Part shown: in pieces, positions 60,350-64,000 of the stretch
Layout: every line of letters begins with the position of its first letter
Position numbering within the stretch: position 1 is the stretch's first letter
Assembly (NCBI GenBank): GCA_963774265.1
Contig: CAVZDU010000010.1
Location: forward strand, 192,001-256,000
Direction: 5' to 3'
Length of the DNA: 64,000 nucleotides
From: an uncultured Chloroflexia bacterium
GTDB taxonomy: Bacteria > Chloroflexota > Anaerolineae > CG2-30-64-16
Translations under genes and position numbers: made by a program
Notes under the pieces: generated by a model
What the model was told of the DNA's origin: nothing
The model's input: the letters and a program-made list of their open reading frames with translations, nothing else
The model's database searches: none

Positions 60350-61575
60350 TCAATGCCACACCAACCCTGCGACCGACACCCAGGACGTGTTCCCTTCATC
60401 CGCCGGGCACTGATCGTAAGCGACTGTCTCACCGCGTGTCACCCCCAGGAGCCGCAGTGCAAGGTATATGGGTGGCAACCCGCACACATTGTTACGATCA
60501 TCCACGGATTGTAGCGCGGCGAAAAACCCGTCCGCGTCTCCATCGGCCATCCTGGCCAAAAGCGCCTCATCCGTCCTGGCAAGCTTGGCGCGGTTGGGTG
60601 GATCGACCGGCGGGCCGCCGAAGGCGGGGCCGATGTGCGCCAGGTCAGCGGCCGCGACGACGAGGAGGTTGCGCCCCTGAGTTGCCTGGCGCAGGGCCGT
60701 AATCGCCCTTTCGATCTGCCTGTCGGCCGCCGGATCGGCGTGTCCTGCCACGAAGTGCGCGAACGAGCCACAGAGGATCGGTGCAACCTCGATTGCACGG
60801 CCTTTGCGCGCATGATGCAGCCAGACAGAGGCGAGCTCAATCGAGTGCTCCTTGCGGTGGTGCAATTCCTCCGCAAACGCCTCATCATCTCCCAGCGCAT
60901 CGGCCACCGCGTCAATCACGCTGGAGGCTGTCGGCAGCAGGCCGTAGGGCGTGGCGTAGCTCTGCCGCGTCGGTGTTATTTTCCCCGGGCCACCGCTGTG
61001 GTCCGTGCCCAAGATGATCGCCAGGTCCGCTGCCTGCGCTGCCTCTGTCGATGCACGCCAGACCGCCTGATAGACCGGTCCGCCGCCGCGCATAATCGAT
61101 GTGCGGGCTGACTACCCCGCGTACCGGCGTAGGGTCTGAAAGAAAGTACCCGTTGCTTACAGCGCGGTCATTGAAGGCCTCCAGGAAGCCCATGAGTGCC
61201 TCTGCATCTGCGGGATAGCCGCCGCCCGCAATCGTCGGCGGGCGATTTGGCGCGGAGCGGTAAGCTCTCAGGGCGCTACGCATTGCCGTCGCTGTGCGCT
61301 CGTTGTCGAGCAGGCACGCCACCTCCAGCGCCTCCACCACCTGGTTGAGCATCTGTCGGGAGATGCGAATGCCCCAACGCACACTCGAGCGCGGTGTGGA
61401 TGCCGACCAGATCGCGGGTCCCGTCACAGAGTCCTAGCAGGGGCGCCAGCGGCTGGGGTATGGCTAGCATCTGGTCCGTCAGCCCCAAGGGGTCCCGCAA
61501 AAGGAGCATGGCCTGACCGTCCTGCCGAAAAGGCTGGATGTCCAACGCACGTAGCTTCGGATACGCTTCTGTCAT
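60350..61575 (-). CDS. AmmeMemoRadiSam protein B (MEMO1 family) with an N-terminal extension (frameshifts)
   Basis: SPHIDY.RGG, LGTDH, EHSIEL, ADLAHIG, VCGLPP. Confidence 0.88.
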
Positions 61576-61578
61576 GGA

Positions 61579-63937
61579 TCAATCCCCCATTGGGGTTTTG
61601 CTCAGCGAGCCGGGGGAAGGCTTAGGATTACGTTTCTTCTTTGTGCTGACCGGCCGCTCACGCAGATCGTGTTGCATGCAGAAAGAGCGAATGACATCGA
61701 GGAATTGCTCTCCGTAATGTGCTAACTTGTGTTCTCCAACGCCGGTGACCGTCAGCAAGGCCTCAGGCGAGTGCGGACGGCGAGAGACCATCTCCGCCAA
61801 CGTCCGGTCGGAGAAGATCACAAACGGTGGGACGCTTGCTTCCTTAGCCAACGCAGAACGCACTTTGCGTAACTCTTCAAAAAGGAGGCGCTCAGCGCCC
61901 GAGTCATCCACATGCGGGGAATCAGCCTGTACAGGCAACGTCGGGAGGAGGATGCGTTCATCCACCCCCGGCCCTGCGGTCCGTGACCTTCGTGCCTGTC
62001 CACCGATGCGCTTGGAGCCGGTGATCCCTCCGCTCGATAGGCAGTTGTCGCACATGGTGCACTGTTTCGTCGATATCGCTTCACTGAAGTAGTTCAGGAG
62101 GGGGACGCGGCGGCAACCGGCTGTCCTTGCATAGCGCAGCATCGCTTGGAGGCGCTCCTCTTTCCTGACGCGTTCATCCTTGGGGCCTTTGTTGATGAAG
62201 TGACGGACCTTCACGACATCCTGCATGCCCCATAGGAGAAGGCAGTCCAGCGCGAAGCCCGTCGCGGCCCGCGCGGCCGATCTCCTGGTAGTAGCTTTCC
62301 AGGTTCTTCGGCAGTGCTGCGTGCAAAATGAAGCGAACATTGGATTTGTCGATGCCCATGCCGAAGGCGATGGTTGCGACAATAATGGGTGTCTCATCGC
62401 GTGAGAAACGCCGTTGGTGCTCGCGGCGGGTGGCGTCGTCCATTCCGGCGTGATAGGGCACCGCCTGCAATCCCTCATGAGTCAATTGTTCGGTCAGGCT
62501 GTCGACGTCGTGACGTGTCTGGCAGTAGATGATGCCGGACTGGTCTTTGTGAAGGTCAAGAAACGTGAGGATCTGACTAATTCCCTGGACGCGAGGGCGC
62601 GTCTCGAGGAACAGGTTCGGCCGATTGAAGCTGGCAATAAAACGATTGGAATCCCCAAAGCCGAGGATCTTCGTGATGTCCTCTTGCACACGCTTCGTCG
62701 CGGTGGCAGTCAGCGCCAGGCACACTGCATCCGGATAGCGCTGTCGGACCGGCAGTAGATTGCGATACTCTGGGCGGAAATCATGTCCCCACGATGAGAT
62801 GCAGTGGGCCTCGTCAATGGTGATGCAGGCCACGTGCGCTTGATCGAGCATCACGAGGGTCTCGGGACGCAGAAGAGTCTCGGGCGCCATGTAGACTAGT
62901 TTGATTGCACCTCGTCGGATGGTGTCCTTTGTATTGACATAAGCATGGTAACTCATTGTGCAATTCAGGAAGGCAGCCGGAACCCCCAGCTCATGTAGCG
63001 AATCCACCTGATCTTGCATCAATGAGATGAGGGGTGATATCACGACTGTGACGCCGTCGAAGAGAAGCGCGGGCAATTGATAACACATCGACTTGCCGCC
63101 GCCGGTAGGCATGATTGCAAGCGTGTCGCGCCGCGACAGCACGTTCGCAACCACCTCGCCCTGGAGCGGTAGGAAGTCATCGTAGCCGAACACGGACTTG
63201 AGCAGGCCCCGAGCGCTACCGAACAAGGGACTTGGCCCTGATGCCCCGGAAGCCGGGACATCATCGCCGGGGATTTGCGGGTGTGGGGTCTCACGAGGAT
63301 GGGGGGGCGCCTCGTCACCCTCGAACCATCCGCTCAGCTGCAGATAGCAGCGCAGCTCCATGTCGTCTTTGTCCTCTGGACGCCACCAGTGGGCCAGGGA
63401 AACACGCACCAACGTCCCTGCAGGGATTACCTCAATCGGCTCCTGAAAGCCCACGAAGGCAAGCGTGCGTCCGCCGTCCGCAGTGAAATAGCGATAGCGG
63501 ATGCGCTTGCCCTCTTCATCTCGAACCAGGTCACGGTCCGGGCGCCAGAACAGGGTGCTGCGTGAGGGGACCCCGGACTGCTCGGCGACATACATGGCGC
63601 CTCCAGGGCTGACCTGGATTAACCCATCGTACAGCAAATCCGGTCCTCCGATGGCGGGCGGCATGACTTTCTCGATGAACCTTGTCACCCGATCTGTGGA
63701 GGCCTCCCGGAGACGGTGTTTCTGCTGCACGACGACGTTCTCGATGTGTGGCGGCTTCAGGTCCGCAGGTGGATCGCCTTCGATCTCCCACACATCGCCG
63801 ATCTGATAATCGAGGTTGAAGTGCTCGTTGCCGTCCATATCCTGGGCGATAAGACGAACGCTCTGCCCATCATCGGAAATGGCGCCAATACACGCGCCGC
63901 CCCCCATGTGCGTCTTTGCGACGACGACGACTTTCAT
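61579..63937 (-). CDS. recQ: RecQ helicase with a ~205-aa N-terminal extra domain and a C-terminal HRDC (frameshift ~62250)
   Basis: MPTGGGKS, DEAHCISSWGHDFRP, YHAG, ATIAFGMGID, QEIGRAGRDG, CRR...CTMCDNC, PPFVIFSDRTL. Confidence 0.92.
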
Positions 63938-64000
63938 GTACGCCTCTGGGAATGGAATTCATCTGTCGGAACGGAAGGATCAGCTGCCGTTCAAGGTATG

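Noticed and set aside
17519-63937. Numerous frameshifts (crp, GH51, ABC genes, yitT, panB, panE, coaX, thiolase, MEMO1, recQ) as pseudogenisation or programmed frameshifting
   Set aside because: They are scattered 1-bp indels in otherwise intact conserved genes, with no in-frame stops or slippery motifs, so long-read consensus error is the simplest explanation.
1-64000. CRISPR array or regular repeat-spacer array
   Set aside because: No regularly spaced 23-47 bp repeats seen; the repeats found are att sites, IS ends or short tandems.

Overview
GC-rich (~60%) bacterial chromosomal segment. The gene set, the atypical RNase P RNA and the 'LP' motifs on exported proteins suggest Chloroflexota (Anaerolineae/Caldilineae-like); this is an inference. 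Many single-base frameshifts in conserved genes (panB, panE, coaX, thiolase, recQ, ABC transporters) suggest an unpolished long-read assembly. The left end holds a satellite/plasmid-type primase-helicase gene (missing from the ORF track) with iteron-like repeats, then a ~6.5 kb decayed island bounded by tRNA-Gly(CCC) and a copy of its 3' end. The core region has a decaheme OTR-like cytochrome, GH57, lysS, greA, a VIT-vWA protein, Crp/Fnr and an unusual ~490 nt rnpB. An integrase-less 8.6 kb island (mini-IS, GH51 arabinofuranosidase, Opp-type ABC transporter) splits an rnpB-tRNA-Leu-tRNA-Ala cluster. Further right are a Gly-Phe-Gln-His tRNA cluster, an HNH gene, TauE with a uORF attenuator-like leader, glgB, yitT, a pan-RNA-led panBECD-coaX operon, a GT-B glycosyltransferase, an Ugp-like ABC transporter, msrA, ctaB, mobA, acpP, fni, a polyprenyl synthase, mutY, MFS, aminopeptidase, thiolase, nitroreductase, MBL, ppa, an NHLP-like small protein, deoC, lepB, a MEMO1 protein with a PqqD/RRE-like N-terminus and a RecQ with an extra N-terminal domain. 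The best candidates for something new are the RRE-like MEMO1 plus NHLP-like peptide, the N-terminally fused RecQ, the hybrid rnpB with a REP-like insert, and the strong-SD uORF leaders.
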